Below are positions 13,301 through 28,957 of a stretch of DNA of 64,000 nt, piece after piece. The notes under the pieces were generated by a model, which saw only the letters and a program-made list of their open reading frames with translations, made no database searches and was not told where the DNA came from. The stretch's first letter is position 1. Each line of letters starts with the position of its first letter. Source of the DNA: Armatimonadota bacterium (GTDB lineage Bacteria; Armatimonadota; SYMT01); NCBI GenBank assembly GCA_046292385.1, contig JBKBRF010000001.1, positions 63,305 through 127,304 on the forward strand, written 5' to 3'. The translations under genes and the position numbers were made by a program.

Positions 13301-13867
13301 CAGGCTCTGCGCGGCGAGGTGCACCGCTACCAGCGAGGTGGAGCAGGCGGTCTGGACGCTGACACACGGCCCCGTGAGACCCAGCTTGTAGCCGAGGTGC
13401 GTGGCCAGGTAGTCCTTGTCGTTGCCGAGCATCGTCAGCAGGCTGGCGGCGGAGCCGTGCGGATCGAGGCCGGCGTGCAGGTTGAAGAGCAGATAGCCGC
13501 TGATCGAGGCACCCGCGAAGACGCCGATCGAGCCGTCGAACCGGCCGGGGTCGCAGCCGGCATCTTCCAGCGCCTCCCACGCGCATTCCATCAAGACCCG
13601 GTGCTGCGGATCGAGCCGCTCCGCCTCGCGCTGTGAGAACCCGAAGAGGCCGGCATCGAAGCGGTCGATCTCGTCGACGAGAGCCGCGGTCCGGACGTAC
13701 CGCGGATTGGAGCTGAGCGACTCCTCTACGCCCGCGGCGCGCAGGTCGGCGTCGGTCAGGGTGGTGAGGCAGTCCGCCCCGTCCCGCAGGTTCGCCCAGT
13801 ACTGGTCCAGCGTGCGGGCGCCGGGGAAGCGGCCCGCCATGCCGGTGATCGCGATGCGGTCCTGCAT
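7370..13867 (-). CDS. Type I PKS module 8: KS(post-NRPS type)-[AT deleted]-DH-cMT-ER-KR-ACP
   Basis: 2165 aa. NDKDYLAT and VQTACSTS are typical of a KS following an NRPS module. No GHSx[51 protein letters not shown] with NHAAAS; ACP GLDSLL; acidic C-terminal docking helix. Confidence 0.95.
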   Translation of the reverse strand: MQDRIAITGMAGRFPGARTLDQYWANLRDGADCLTTLTDADLRAAGVEESLSSNPRYVRTAALVDEIDRFDAGLFGFSQREAERLDPQHRVLMECAWEALEDAGCDPGRFDGSIGVFAGASISGYLLFNLHAGLDPHGSAASLLTMLGNDKDYLATHLGYKLGLTGPCVSVQTACSTSLVAVHLAAQSLLNGECDVALAGGVTLRVPSRVGYLWQDGSILSRDGRCRSFDARASGTVFGSGAGVVVLRRLEDAARDRDRVRAVILGSAINNDGARKVGFTAPSLDGQAAVIAEAIAVADISPESISYVEAHGTGTPLGDPIEVAALNEVFRGVRSPVALGSVKSSVGHLEAAAGVAGLIKTVLAMEQGVLPPSLHFETPNPEIDFEAGPFRVNTSARPWTGLRRAGVSSFGIGGTNAHVVLEQAPAASPESQSGAPERPLHLFCFSARSETALRQLARRCADHFQEAVSLADAAYTVHTGRAPLACRAFVVAADAGQARERLLAVGRGEAAAEPQTAATAIDLPPEEWSEAVRRGQTTWEALLHGWGRRWVQGETLDWGAYDREHARRKVTLPTYPFERERYWIDPPRKAAPAPASGHPLLGTRVRTAAGPRVFEAVVGGDAPSYLSQHRVHGAVVFPAAGYLEMALAIGSAAVRDVTFREALLLPDGDERAVQTVVEPDGAFRIFSEQGEAWVEHASGRLESAATATATVDLPSAEERCAVSVPAEEYYAHLDGAGIGYGPVFRAIRSLRCGPGEALAELELPEEARAGAGAYRLHPVLLDACFQTLGAALGAGEPAESFMPFALERLNFNPEAGPPCRAHAAARALPDGETAAGDLVLLDAAGRAVVTVTNLQCKRARPESLHRDASIERDLYELVWRPAPNAGAPVFEDPAHVGAALAGELDRLSGDPELQDYRELTAALDELAPHYAAAALYELGVRFEPGEPLRLPVAARPYDRLLERLCEMLSETGVVAGSAPDWRVVRTPAPGDLPSRVRELMAAYPVRAAEIALFARCGESLSRVLIGEVDPVSLLFSGEPGAEVIYRETPFARALHALLGGALEAMVGDLPNAPRLRVLEVGAGTGATAAVALPLLSGRLEEYCFTDLSPHFLHAAEEAFSAYPELRTGVLDLNLDPQAQGYSTGGYHLILATNVLHATGDLRRTLARLRTLLAPGGMLAVIEGAGKVRWIDLVFGLTKGWWSFEDTDLRSHPLVPCERWVSLLEEAGFRSVTGVAPDRGEAQQMLFLARAPEAAGSGRWVVSARPESRTDALLARLPDSVEALSEVDPDDPLPDGEWDGVLHLAALDERRGADGAGEQLGGGARAVESLLHAIRHAASRQNAPRLLIVTCGAQRVRATDVPALSQSALWGIAPVLQLELPELRCRIVDLDPCATPEQNARALQAELRDTGSEARTAWRDGCRHAARLQALPRADAVEVPAEPFRLRKSPGGSLRGLTFQPEERRAPGPGEIEIRVAATGLNFKDVLNALDLVPGEAPLGGECAGTVERVGPGVTQLRPGDPVMAAAGGSFASCVTLPAALAVPKPAFLSAEQAASIPIASVTAWYSLAHLARLAPGERVLISAASGGVGLAAIQIARSRGAEVFALAGSPEKRAYLRSLEVPHVFHSRTPGFARRILDATGGEGVDVVLSSLPGELVPEALDALKRGGRFIELGRVGAWTAEQVRAVRPDVERFEVRLDEASPELFGSLLREVAAALESGELSPPPVRCYPLPEVPAPFRRMQEPDHVGKVVVSQRTGVCPESTYLITGGMGGLGLEVARHLVRLGARHLALAGRSLPGEAARSVMAELTAAGARVECLQADVSDRAQVEALLRKIRSEMPPLRGVFHAAGVLADALLPQQSVERFDAVWGPKAAGAWHLHELMGDVDLFVLFSSAAGLLGSRGQANHAAASAFLDSLAEYRRSQGLRAVCIDWGAWSQVGAAAALESALREQGMGTISPERGVRALELLLRRDRTRAAVLPLDLPRLAQAHAGGGLPSLLSELLSGPETAESQPDELPTRSSAPAPPAGFRVRLEATPADRRLELLFEAVAEVAAQMLRLPSGETLDPARPLNELGLDSLLALDMRDRLGEMVGAPLPATILFSYPTVEALARHLAADWLGIAVPQDAGPQPHEPAAEAAPVHNLSEDELDSLLEQFARRIQEQ

Positions 13868-13871
13868 TCGG

Positions 13872-17983
<4,112 letters not shown>

Positions 17984-17987
<4 letters not shown>

Positions 17988-20900
17988 ACGGTGAAGACCT
18001 CCCAGTCCGCCGCGCCCTCCTCGAGCTGGGCCAGCACCAGCTCCGCGATGCTCCCCGTCGTGCCGCCGCTCAGGAACGGCGCCAGGGGCAGCTCGATGCC
18101 GAGGCAGGTATTGATCCGGTTCCGCAGCTCTACCCCCATCAGCGAATCGAGACCCAGTTGAATCAGCGGAGCGGCCGGGTCGAGCGCGCGGCCGGCCCGC
18201 AGCCCGAGCACCCGGCGCGCCGCGCCGGCCACATACTCCACCGCGAGTGTGGCCCGTTCTTCCTTATCGGCCGCCCGGAGCCGGTCCGCAAGGTCTTCCT
18301 CGGAGTCGAGCCGGCTCCCGGCCGTCTCTTCGTGGAGCCGTTCGAACAGGCGCGGGGCGGTGCCCGCGGAATAGCGCTCCAGGAAGCGCTTCCAATCGAG
18401 ATCGACGACGGCAAGCTGCGGCTCGGACCGCGCCAGGGCGGCGTCCAACGCCGCCAGGCAGCTCTCCGGCGCCATCGCGCGGAGGCCGAGCGCCTCCAGG
18501 CGCTGCCGCCCGGACTCGTCCAGCCGCTCCGCCATGCCGCTTCCGGCCCACCGCCCCCAATTGAGGCTCAGCGCGGGTAGGCCGAGGCTGCGGCGGTGCC
18601 GGGCGAGCCCGTCCAGATACCCGTTGGCGGCGGCATAACTCGTCTGGCCCGTCGCCCCGATGAACGACGCGATCGACGAGAACAGGATGAAGAAGTCGAG
18701 GGCCATTCCGCGGCTGTGCTGGTGGAGCAGCCAGGCTCCGCGCGCTTTCGCTGCGAGCGCCTCTTCGAACCGCTCTGGGGTCAGATCGCCGATCAGGCCA
18801 TCCGCCGTGACTCCCGCCGCGTGGATAATTCCCCGGAGCGGCGGCAGGCCGTCCTCTCCGGACAGGAGACGGCGAACGTCGTCCTCTCGCCGCACGTCCG
18901 CCTGCGCTGCTCGCACGTCGGCGCCGCGCTCGCGCAGCTCATGGAGAACCGCTTCGGCCGCCGGTGACGGCGCGCTCCTCCCGGCCAGCAGCAGATGACG
19001 GGCACCGCGGGCGACGGCCCACCGGGCGGTCTCCAGCCCGAGGCCGCCGAGGCCGCCGGTGATCAGGACGGTGCCCTCGAACCGGATCTCGACGCGCGGT
19101 TCGGCGGGGCAGCGGACCAGGCGGGGCACGAGCCGCTCTTCCCCCCGGAGTGCCACCTCCGCCTCGTCGCCGGTCTCGATCTCGCGGCAGAGGGAGCGCA
19201 GAGGGTCTCCCGCGGGGTCGAGGTCGATCCGCCGGCAGCGCAGCGCCGGGCACTCGGCGGCGAGGGCGCTGGCAAAGCCGCGGAGCAGGGCGGCGGTCGG
19301 GGAAGGGGTCTCCCGAGCGGCGCCGCGCGTAAGGAGGGTAAGCCGGGGCGGCGCGGGCAGCTCCGCCAGCGCCTGTGCCAGGCTCAGGAGCCCGCTCCAG
19401 GCGCGACTCCCGGCCTCGTCGAGCGACCACTCGCACGCCCGGGTGAAGTAGAGGACCTCGCCGTACCCGGAAGCTGCCTGAAGCAGCGCGCGAAGCTGGG
19501 CGGGGTCGGTGAGATCCACCTCATACCGTCCTGGCGCCGCCGTCCGAAGCTCGGCTCCCGGCAGCGCCAGGACGCACTCGCCCTCCAACTCCGCCGCCAG
19601 TCGCTCGCCGAGCTCCAGGGCGTCGGTGACGAACAGCCGCTTCGCTGCGGCGTCCGGGACCACTTCCAGCGGCCGTGCTTCCCAGTCTAGGCGGTAGAGG
19701 AGGTCGTCCACCGCTGGAGAGGAGGCGACGGCGCCGCGGGCGACCGCCTTGAACGCGAGTCCCGATACCACTGCGACGCAGCTTCCCGTAGAATCGTGCA
19801 GGCTGAGGTCGGCCCGGTGCGTCGCGTCGTCGCTCGCCGGGCGCAGGACCGCGCGGCAGGTGAGCGGTCCCTGCGGCGAGCTGATGAAGTCGAGACGGTC
19901 GATCCCGACCGGCAGGAACGTCGCGCCCGCCGTCTCCGGGCCGAGCGCTCCGCCGGCCGTCTGGAGACACGCGTCGAGCAGCGCCGGGTGGAACGACCAC
20001 CCCTCGCCCGCCAAGTGGCCCGGCAGGCTCACTTCCGCCTCGGCGACCTGTTCTCCGCGCCGCATCCGCCGGATACCCTGGAATGCCGGCCCGATGCCGA
20101 TCCCGCGGCGCTCCAGCTCGCGGACCCACTCCGCTCCGGAGGTCTCGGCCGTTAGCAGACCGCCGTCCACCGCCGCCACCGTCGCCGCTTCCGGAGCCAC
20201 GCGGCAGGCGAGGGCGGACGCATGCAGTGTCCAGACCTCCGCCTGCTGGCTGAAGACGCGGCAGTGACCCTCCGGCGACACCACCACCTGCACGGCGCGC
20301 GGCTCGGCGGAGTCGAGGAGCAGGGGCGCGTCGAACCGCAGCTCTGCCAGCCGCACCGGCGCCGCTTCGCCGCCGTCCCGGAGCGCCTCCAGCATCAGCG
20401 CGATATGGACCGCCCCCGCCACCACCACGGCGCCGAACACGCGATGGTCCGCCAGGTACGGGTGGGTCTCCAGCCCGAGGCGTGCTTCGTACAGTCGCTC
20501 GGCGAGCGGAGACGGGATCCGCCGGCCCCATGGGGGCAAGCCCGACGGTCGCGCCGGCCTGGTAGGGATCGGCTCGAGCCAGTAGCGCTCGCGCTGGAAC
20601 GGGTAGGTGGGGAGGGAGACCTTCCGGCGGGCGTGACCATGGTCGTAGGCGTCCCAATCGACCGTTTCGCCGCCGAGCCAGCGGCGGCCGGTCTCCTCGA
20701 GCGCGGCGTGGCAGCGGGCGCCGTCCCCGGGCAGGTCTCCGCCGGAGAGCACCTCGGCTGTCGGCTGACCTGCCGCGATCCGCAAGAGCAGTTGTCCGGC
20801 CTCCGCCGCATCTCGCGCAATGAGTGCCGCGCGGCAGCGGAAGGCGCTCCGGCCGGTGTGAGCGGAGTAGGCCGCGTCCGGCAGGGAGACTTCACGCTCG

Positions 20901-22393
20901 GCGAAGTGCTCCGCGTAGCGCCGCGCCAGCTGGCGGAGCGCCGCTTCCGTGGGAGCGGAGAAGCAGAGGAGATGCAGCGGCCGCTCCGCCGCGGGCGCGG
21001 GCCGATCCGGGGCCACGGGCGCCTCTTCGACGACGACGTGGACGTTGGTCCCGCTGAACCCGAACGAGCTGACGCCCGCTAAACGGCGACCTTCCGCCGA
21101 CTCCCAGTCAATCAAAGAGGTCGGGATCCGGAGCGGAAGCTCGCCGGTCTCGATGTAGGGGTTGAGCTTCTGGAAATGGAGATGCGGCGGGATCTGCCGG
21201 TGCTGCAGGGAGAGGAGCACCTTGATCAGCCCGGTGATGCCCGCGGCCGGGCCGGTGTGGCCGAGGTTCGTCTTCACGGAGCCGAGCACCAGCGGGTGCC
21301 GGCGTCCCGGTCCGAAGACGGCGGCCAGGGCCCGCACCTCGATCGGATCGCCCAGCGCCGTGCCGGTACCGTGCGCTTCCACGTAGCCCACCTGCCCCGG
21401 CTCCGCGCCCGCATCCGCCAGCGCCTGGCGGACCACCGCTTCCTGGGCGGCGGCGCTGGGGGCGGTCAGGCCGCCGCTGCGACCGTCCTGGTTCGCGGCG
21501 GAGCCCCGGATCACGCCGAGGATGCGGTCCCCAGCGGCACGCGCGTCGGAGAGGCGCTTCAGGACCACGACTCCGCAGCCCTCGCCCTGCACGAACCCGT
21601 CGGCCGACGCGTCGAACGCCTTGCAGCGCCCCTCCGGCGAGAGCATCCGCGCGCGGGAGAGCCCCATCGAGAGCGCGGGGGTCAGCACGGTATAGACGCC
21701 GGCCGCGAGCGCCGCTCCGCACTCGCCGGCCCGGAGGCTCTGGACCGCCCGGTGGACCGCCATCAGCGAGGACGAGCAGGCGGTGTCGACCACGCAGCTC
21801 GGCCCGCGCAGGTCGAGGACGTACGAAAGCCGGCCGGCGCAGACGCTCGCGGCGCCGCCGGAGACGGTGTAGGCGTCGATGCGATCCGGCGCCTCCAGGG
21901 CGAGCTGGTAGTACTCGTTCGAGTTGGCCGCGACGAAGACCCCGGTGCGCGTGCCGGCCAGTCGATCCGGCACCAGGCAGGCATTCTCGAGCGCTTCCCA
22001 CGTGGTTTCGAGCACCAGGCGCTGCTGCGGATCCATCCCGGCCGCCTCGCGCGGAGCGATGCCGAAGAGCTCCGCGTCGAACCGGTCGACCTCCTGCAGG
22101 AAGGCGCCGCGCCGGCTGCAGATCTTGCCGGGACGATCCGGGTCGGGATCATAGTACGCGTCGATATCCCAGCGGTCGGAGGGGACTACGGTCACCGCGT
22201 CGCGGCCCTCCCGGAGCAGCCCCCAGAACCGGTCCGGACCCTCGGCGCCCCCCGGGAAGCGGCACCCGATCCCGATCACCGCGATCGGCTCACGGCGGTC
22301 TCGCTCCCGCTGCTCCAGGCGCTCCAGCCGCTCCCGCATCTGGCTCAGCGCTGCCGCCGCGCGCTTCAGCGATTCCGCTTCGGAAGGGCTCAC
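17984..22393 (-). CDS. Type I PKS module 6: KS-[AT deleted]-DH-KR-ACP with C-terminal SLiM docking peptide
   Basis: 1469 aa. GTG start overlaps the upstream stop (GTGA). [20 protein letters not shown]; no AT core; [44 protein letters not shown]; ends DWEVFTV. Confidence 0.94.
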
Positions 22394-25300
22394 GGAGCCT
22401 GCCCTCCCTCCAGGAACTGCTCGGCGGCGGCCAGCTCGCGTTCGAGAAGCGACTGCAGGTCGCTCGCCGCCGAGTCCGATTCGCCGGCAGGCTCGGCAAG
22501 GAGTCCGAGCTCCTTTGCCAGGAGGTCGGCCAGCGCCTCACAGGTCGGATGCTCGAACAGAAGCGTCGCGGGAAGCCGGACGCGGGCGCGGGCGGAAAGC
22601 AGGTTCCGCAGCTCCACCGCCATCAGAGAGTCGAGCCCCAGGTCCCGCAGTGGGATCCCGGCGGCCGGCAGCTCACCGGGCGGCAGGTCCATCACGCGCG
22701 CCGCGTCACCCTGGATCTCCTGGACGAGCGCTGCTCGCTCCCGTCCCGCCGGGGCCCGCGCCACCAGCTCTCGCAGGTCCGTCGAGGGCGGCGTCTCACT
22801 CGTGCGGGTCGACCGTCCGGCGGGGACGGAGAAGGCCCGGAGCCGCGGCGGCGGCGCGAGCGGCTCGAAGCGCTTGAGAAAGGTCTGCCAGTCGAGATCG
22901 ACGATCGCCGCCTGCGCCGCATCGGTACCCAGGACCGTCCCGAGTGCCGCCAGGGCCTGGGCCGGCGGCATCGGACGGAGCCCGCGGCGGCCGATCTCTT
23001 CCCGGATCATCGCTCCGGCCGCGGCCCCGACCTCGTCCCACGCGCCCCAATCGATGCTGATCGACGGCAGCCCCTCGGCGCGGCGCGCGTGGGCCAGGGC
23101 GTCCAGGAACGTGTTGGCGGCGGCGTGATTGGTCTGCGCGGGCGACCCGAGCAGCCCCGCGGCGGAGGAGAAAAGCACGAAGTGGTCCAGCGGCAGCTCC
23201 CGGGTCTGCCGGTGCAGGTGCCACGCGCCGAGGACCTTCGGCGCCAGGACCGGCACCAGGCGCTCCCAGCTTTGCCGCGCCACGATCCCGTCGTCGAGGA
23301 CCCCCGCGGCATGGAAGACCCCGGCCAGCGGCGCCAGCGCAGCGGCGGATGCCAGCACGCGGGCTACGTCCTCCTCGCGCGCGACGTCGGCCTGGACCAC
23401 CTCCACCCGCGCGCCACGCTCCCGAAGCGCTGCGAGCCTCGCAGCGGCGGGCTCGGTCGGCGCGCTCCGGCCCGCCAGCACCAGGTGCCGCGCGCCGCGA
23501 TCGACCAGCCAGGCGGCCAGCTCCAGGCCGAGTCCTCCCAGCCCCCCGGTAAGGAGGTAGCTCGCGTCCGCGCGGAAGACCGGCTCCGTGCCGGCGAGGG
23601 GGGCGCGTGCCAGCCGCGCGGCATGCCGGCGTCCCGCTCTCAGCGCGACTTCGGTCTCCGCGTCGGGTCGGGTGATCTCCGCCAGGCACCCAGTCGCCTG
23701 CGCTTCCGGGCCGGCGCCCGGGTCGAGGTCGAGCAGGCGGACGCGCACCCCCGGCATCTCCAGGGCCAGGCTGCGGGCGAAACCCCACAGCGGCGCCTGC
23801 GCCGGGGAGACCGATCCATCTCCCACCGCGGCCGCTCCCCGCGTGACGAGCCAGAGCGCCGGGCACTCGCCCGAGCGCTCGATCTCCTGTGCCAGCTCCA
23901 GGGCACCTTCCAGGCCGGGCCGGATCTGATCCGGATGCTCCGCGTCGAGCCCTCGCAGGTGGACGATCCGGTCGAACGGCCCAGCCGGCATCGTCCCGGA
24001 GCCCCACACCTCGACCTGCTGTCCCGCGCCGCGCAGCTGCTCCGCCAGACGCGCCGCCAATCCGCTCCGATCTTCCGTCAACAGCCAGCGCTCACCGGCG
24101 GCGGAGAGCGGGCGGCGGGCGATCAGGATCGTTTGCTGCGAGATGCCGCCCCGGTCCGGCGCTCCCGGGTTGAGGCTGACCGGCTGCTCGAAGCCGCTCC
24201 GGGCCAGCAGCTCGAGCCATTCGGCCTCCCGCAGGAGCGCGTAGGAGCGCAGCTCGGTGTCGGTGAACGCCCACATTCCGTCGGTCAGGCCGAACGTCAG
24301 GTCACCCCAGCGCAGGCGCCCGGTATTCTCCACCAGGATGAGCGCGCCTCCGGGCGCGAGCAGCGACCGGGCGTGCGCCAGCGTCCGCTGGAGGTCCGGC
24401 GTGGCGTGGAGGACGTTGGCGGCGATCGCCACGTCGAACGTGCCGGGCTCGAACCCCTGCGCCGCCGGGTCCCGCGAGATGTCGAGCAGCCGGTAGTCGA
24501 CGCCCGCGTGCCCCGAGAAGCGGCTCCGCGCGCGCTGGAGGAAGGCGGGAGAGAGGTCCGTGAAGACGTACTCCGCGCTGCCGGGCGGCAGCTGCGGGAG
24601 CACCTGCGCCGTGGTGCCGCCGGTGCCGCCGCCGATCTCGATGAGGCGCAGGGGGCCGCTGCCTTCGCGGCCGGCGACCAGCTCGGCGACCGCGCGGGCG
24701 ACCAGCCCGTTTACCGCGCGGGCGAACGGCGAGCGCGCGTAGATCCCGTCGGCGGCGTCCGTCTGCGCGGAGGGGAAGAGCAGCTCCAGCGGGTCCCGGA
24801 TGCCGGTGAGGACCGACGAGAGCTCCGCTCCGCAGCGGCGGAGCATCGCCAGCTCTCCCTCTACCTCGGGGAACCGGGCGGAGAGGGCCGCGGCGCGGGA
24901 CTCGAGGTCGGCGTCCGGGCGCAGCTCCAGCACGCCCTCTTCTTCCAGGATCTCCACGAATCGAGAGCGAAGCCGGTGGAAGCGCTGCTCCACACCGGCG
25001 CGCCGGACGTCGTCGAGGGTGCGGCAGCCCAGCTCCAGGAACGCCTGCCGGACGTAGGCCGCGGAAAGCCGGTCGAACTCGGCTCCCGCGGGCTCGAGCC
25101 GGGCCAGCTCGGCTCGACGGGCGGCGACCTCCGCTGCGAGACGCTCGGCGATGGCGCGCGGCTCGGGGAGGGACCGGTCGGCGCTGGCGGGCGCCGGCAC
25201 CTCCGGCCACTCTACCTGGTAGAGCCAGTCGGCCCAGTGCGGCCGGGCTTCGGCGGGACGGACCTCCGCGTAAGCCGTCGGGGCCGCCAGCCGGGCGGCG

Positions 25301-28300
25301 TTGGCGCGCCGGATCTCTTCCGGCTTGAGCAGCGTGTCCTTCCGGGCGGTGATCAGCCAGTAGCGCATGAGGCCCCGACGCAGGGCGCGGCCGATGTTCG
25401 CGTTCGAGAGCAGGTGGCGCCGCGCGAGATCGTCCATCCCGAACCGCTGGACGATCTCGTCCACGCGGTCGGCAAACTCCGGGTCTTCCAGGAAGTTCGC
25501 CGTCTCCTCGCTCGCGTCGACACAGTCGACGACGTGCAGGCGATGGCGGGCGAGGACCTCCGCCCACTCTTCGGGGGTGCTGGTAAACGAGTGCGTGTCC
25601 GGGTTGGCGATCCCTTCCCCCGGCGCCGCGAAGTCGGCCACGACCATGAGCCCGCCCGCTTCCAGGTGCTCGCTCACGTTGCCGAACAGGGCGTCCTTGT
25701 CCTGGATCAACCCGGAGACCTCGACCCCGTAGATCAGGTCGCAGCGGCCGGGGAACGGGGTCCGCCCGCTGTCGCGGTGGTGGATCCGGACTCTCTCGTC
25801 CAGCCCCAGCGCCGCGATCCGCTTGCGGCCGACCTCCACCTGCCGGGCGGAGATCGTGTAGCCTTCGAGGCGCAGGTGCGGATGGGCCGCGGCGAGGGCG
25901 CAGAGGTCGGCGCCGTGCCCGCAGCCGAAGTCGAGGACCCGCCGCACCCGCGAGAAGTCGACGAGCCGGAACAGGGTGTCCTTCAGCTCCCGCTGGGCCG
26001 CCATCATCAGGCGGTGCTGCTCCGGAAAGCGCTCCGGCTCGAAGAGCGTCGTGAGCCAGCAGAAGCCGGGTACCACCTGCGGCAGCGCGCCGATGTTCAG
26101 CAGCCCTTCGTGCCCGCCGTCCGCGCTGTACCCGTAGCTCTGGGAGACGACCGAGAGGGAGTCGTAGTAGTCGGAGATGACCGGCGTGCCGACCTTGCCG
26201 CTCTCGCCGCCGGGCGGCAGGGCGGGGGACACAGCGGCGCTCGGCGCGGCGCGCTCCTCCAGCCAGTATCGCTGCCGCTGGAACGGGTAAGTGGGGAGGG
26301 AGACGACCCGCCGCGGCCGGCCCGCGTGGAAGCCGTTCCAGTCGACCTCCACCCCGCGCTCGTAGAGCCGGCCGAGCCCCTCCAGGATCGTCCGGCTGTC
26401 CTCCGCGCCCCGCCGCAGCGACGGCACGGAGGAGAGGCCCTCCGGCGCGACGAGCCCGGTTAGCACCGGGTGCGGGCCTAACTCCACGGCGGTGCGGTAG
26501 CCCATGGCCGCGAGCCTGCGGGCGCCCGCGCCGAAGTGGACGGTTCCCCGCGCGTGCTCTCGCCAGTGGCGGGCGTCGATCCGGTCGCACGCGGCGCCGG
26601 TCAGGTTCGAGATCAGCGGGAGCGCCGGAGCCCCGTACTGGAGCTGCCCGGCCGCGTCCTCCAGCGCGTCGAGGACCGGATCGAGCAGTGGAGAATGGTA
26701 GGCGCCCGGCGTGTCGAGCGGGATCGTCGCGATGCCCGCCGCGCGCAGCAGCCGCGCCACGCGCTCCACCTGAGCCCCGGAGCCGGAGAAGACGGTGTTC
26801 TTCGGACCGTTCTCGACCGCCACGCAGACCCGGTCGGCGGAAGCTTCCTCGATCGCCCGCAGCACCACTTCGGGAGAGGCGAGCGCGGCGACCATCCGCC
26901 CCGCTTCCGGCAGCCTCGCCATGATCCGGCCGCGCGCTGCTACCAGCCGCAGCGTCGACTCGTAGTCGAGCACGCCCGCGACGCACGCAGCGGCGTACTC
27001 GCCCAGGCTGTGCCCCATCACGGCGGCGGGGGCGAGGCCCCAACTGCCCCAGAGCTCCGCCAGTGCCAGCTCCAGCGCCACCAGGGCCGGCTGCACGCAC
27101 GCGGGGTCGTGCAGCAGCTCCCCCGCGCCGAACAGCACCTCGGTCAGCGGGCGCGGCAGCTCCGCGCGCAGGACCTGCTCGAACCGCTCTAACGCCGCGC
27201 GGAAGACCGGCTCCGTCTCGTAGAGGCCGCGGCCCATTCCGGGATACTGGGATCCCTGGCCGGTAAAGAGGAAGACGAGGCCCTCTTCCGCCGTCGGGGG
27301 CGCGCTCTCCTCGCCTCGCCGTGAGAGTGCCTCTACCGCTTCCGCCGCCGTCTCCGCCGCGACGGCTAGCCGGCGGTTGAAGTGGCAGCGGCCCGCGGTG
27401 GAGGTGTAGGCGGCTTCGGCGAGCGTCACCGTCCCGTCCGCCAGGCGCTCCCGGTAGCGCTCCCGGAGCTGATCCAGCGCTCGCTCGTCGCGGGCGGAGA
27501 GGCAGAGCAGATGGGCCGGCCGGTCGGAGCCGGAGGCGGGGCGGGCCGGAGCCGACTCCAGGACGACGTGGGCGTTGGTGCCGCTGAAGCCGAACGCGCT
27601 CACCCCGGCGATCCGCCGCTCCCCCGCGGAGGGCCAGGGCTCCAGGCGGGTGGGGATCACGAGCGGCAGGCCGTCCACTCCCAGGTGCGGGTTGGGCTGC
27701 TCCAGGTGCAGGTGCGGCGGGACCTCCCCGTCCGCGACGGCGAGAATCGCCTTGATCAGCCCGGCGACGCCCGCGGCCGCTTCGAGGTGCCCCAGGTTCG
27801 TCTTGACCGAGCCGACCGCCAGCGGGCTCTCCGCCGTGCGGCCCGGGGCGAAGACGCGGGCCAGCGCCTGCATCTCGATCGGATCGCCGAGGGGCGTTCC
27901 GGTGCCGTGCGCTTCCACGTAGCCGACCTGGTCCGGCTCCACCCCGGCATCTTCCAGCGCGCGCCGGATCACCGCCTCCTGGGCGGGGCCGTTCGGGGCG
28001 GTCAGGCTGCTGCTGCGCCCATCCTGGTTGACGGCCGAGCCCCGGATCACGGCGAGGATCCGGTCTCCGTCCGCCTCCGCGTCCGCCAGGCGCTTCAGGA
28101 CGATGATGCCGCAGCCTTCGCCGTGTCCGAAGCCGTCGGCGCGCGCGTCGAAGGTCTTGCAGCGTCCATCCGGAGCGGTCACGCCGAGCTTGGTGGAAGC
28201 CACGTAGCCGTGCGGCGACAGCGCCAGGTGCACACCCCCCGCCAGCGCCAGGCGGCACTCCCCGCGGCGGAGGCTCTGCACCGCCAGGTGCACCGCCACC

Positions 28301-28920
28301 AGTGAGGATGAGCAGGCGGTATCCACGACCATGGCGGGGCCGCGGAGCCCGAGGAAGTAGGCGAGTCTCCCGGCGGCGATGCTGGTGTGGCTCCCGGAGG
28401 CGGACCACGCGTCGATCCGCTCGGCGTCCCCCGCGCCCCGGCCGAGCAGGGTGTAGCCGCCATTGTAGAGGCCCAGGAAGACGCCCGCATCCGTGCCCTG
28501 GAGGGACGTGGGCGGGATCCCGGCGTGCTCCAGCGCCTCCCACGACACCTCCAGCGCCAGCCGGTGGTGCGGATCCATGGAGACCGCCTCGCGAGGAGCG
28601 ATGCCGAAGAAGGCCGGCTCGAACAGGTCGATCCGGGGCAGAAAGCCGCCGGTCCGGAAGCTCATCTTGCCGGGGGCGGATGGATCGGGGTCGTACCACT
28701 CGCCGATCGCCCAGCGCTCCGCCGGGAGCTCGATGCCCGCGAACGCTCCGGCCCGCAGGAAGCGCCGGAAGTCGTCCGGACCCTCGACGCCGCCCGGAAG
28801 GCGGCAGCCGATCCCGATGACCGCCACCGGCTCGGACGCGGCGCGCTCCGCGACCTCGAGTCGCTTCTCCAGCTCATCGATGGCGAGGAGGGCTCGTTTT
28901 AGCGGTGACAGACTCTCCAA
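22390..28920 (-). CDS. Type I PKS module 5: KS-AT-O-methyltransferase-C-methyltransferase-KR-ACP
   Basis: The track ORF starts at 29052. TTG at 28920 is the likelier start: it has AGGGAG upstream and the docking helix [18 protein letters not shown] follows. AT GHSLG/TPGAYHS; oMT YYDS...VPGFCWL...[10 protein letters not shown]; c[32 protein letters not shown]. Confidence 0.93.
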   Translation of the reverse strand: MESLSPLKRALLAIDELEKRLEVAERAASEPVAVIGIGCRLPGGVEGPDDFRRFLRAGAFAGIELPAERWAIGEWYDPDPSAPGKMSFRTGGFLPRIDLFEPAFFGIAPREAVSMDPHHRLALEVSWEALEHAGIPPTSLQGTDAGVFLGLYNGGYTLLGRGAGDAERIDAWSASGSHTSIAAGRLAYFLGLRGPAMVVDTACSSSLVAVHLAVQSLRRGECRLALAGGVHLALSPHGYVASTKLGVTAPDGRCKTFDARADGFGHGEGCGIIVLKRLADAEADGDRILAVIRGSAVNQDGRSSSLTAPNGPAQEAVIRRALEDAGVEPDQVGYVEAHGTGTPLGDPIEMQALARVFAPGRTAESPLAVGSVKTNLGHLEAAAGVAGLIKAILAVADGEVPPHLHLEQPNPHLGVDGLPLVIPTRLEPWPSAGERRIAGVSAFGFSGTNAHVVLESAPARPASGSDRPAHLLCLSARDERALDQLRERYRERLADGTVTLAEAAYTSTAGRCHFNRRLAVAAETAAEAVEALSRRGEESAPPTAEEGLVFLFTGQGSQYPGMGRGLYETEPVFRAALERFEQVLRAELPRPLTEVLFGAGELLHDPACVQPALVALELALAELWGSWGLAPAAVMGHSLGEYAAACVAGVLDYESTLRLVAARGRIMARLPEAGRMVAALASPEVVLRAIEEASADRVCVAVENGPKNTVFSGSGAQVERVARLLRAAGIATIPLDTPGAYHSPLLDPVLDALEDAAGQLQYGAPALPLISNLTGAACDRIDARHWREHARGTVHFGAGARRLAAMGYRTAVELGPHPVLTGLVAPEGLSSVPSLRRGAEDSRTILEGLGRLYERGVEVDWNGFHAGRPRRVVSLPTYPFQRQRYWLEERAAPSAAVSPALPPGGESGKVGTPVISDYYDSLSVVSQSYGYSADGGHEGLLNIGALPQVVPGFCWLTTLFEPERFPEQHRLMMAAQRELKDTLFRLVDFSRVRRVLDFGCGHGADLCALAAAHPHLRLEGYTISARQVEVGRKRIAALGLDERVRIHHRDSGRTPFPGRCDLIYGVEVSGLIQDKDALFGNVSEHLEAGGLMVVADFAAPGEGIANPDTHSFTSTPEEWAEVLARHRLHVVDCVDASEETANFLEDPEFADRVDEIVQRFGMDDLARRHLLSNANIGRALRRGLMRYWLITARKDTLLKPEEIRRANAARLAAPTAYAEVRPAEARPHWADWLYQVEWPEVPAPASADRSLPEPRAIAERLAAEVAARRAELARLEPAGAEFDRLSAAYVRQAFLELGCRTLDDVRRAGVEQRFHRLRSRFVEILEEEGVLELRPDADLESRAAALSARFPEVEGELAMLRRCGAELSSVLTGIRDPLELLFPSAQTDAADGIYARSPFARAVNGLVARAVAELVAGREGSGPLRLIEIGGGTGGTTAQVLPQLPPGSAEYVFTDLSPAFLQRARSRFSGHAGVDYRLLDISRDPAAQGFEPGTFDVAIAANVLHATPDLQRTLAHARSLLAPGGALILVENTGRLRWGDLTFGLTDGMWAFTDTELRSYALLREAEWLELLARSGFEQPVSLNPGAPDRGGISQQTILIARRPLSAAGERWLLTEDRSGLAARLAEQLRGAGQQVEVWGSGTMPAGPFDRIVHLRGLDAEHPDQIRPGLEGALELAQEIERSGECPALWLVTRGAAAVGDGSVSPAQAPLWGFARSLALEMPGVRVRLLDLDPGAGPEAQATGCLAEITRPDAETEVALRAGRRHAARLARAPLAGTEPVFRADASYLLTGGLGGLGLELAAWLVDRGARHLVLAGRSAPTEPAAARLAALRERGARVEVVQADVAREEDVARVLASAAALAPLAGVFHAAGVLDDGIVARQSWERLVPVLAPKVLGAWHLHRQTRELPLDHFVLFSSAAGLLGSPAQTNHAAANTFLDALAHARRAEGLPSISIDWGAWDEVGAAAGAMIREEIGRRGLRPMPPAQALAALGTVLGTDAAQAAIVDLDWQTFLKRFEPLAPPPRLRAFSVPAGRSTRTSETPPSTDLRELVARAPAGRERAALVQEIQGDAARVMDLPPGELPAAGIPLRDLGLDSLMAVELRNLLSARARVRLPATLLFEHPTCEALADLLAKELGLLAEPAGESDSAASDLQSLLERELAAAEQFLEGGQAP

Positions 28921-28957
28921 CCCACACTCCCTTGCCGTACTACCCCGGTCTCCAGGC

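Noticed and set aside
24302..28699. 1465-aa minus-strand alternative-frame ORF, and other Arg/Pro/Gly-rich off-frame ORFs
   Set aside because: Out-of-frame overlap with the real PKS. The low-complexity composition is what GC3 bias produces.
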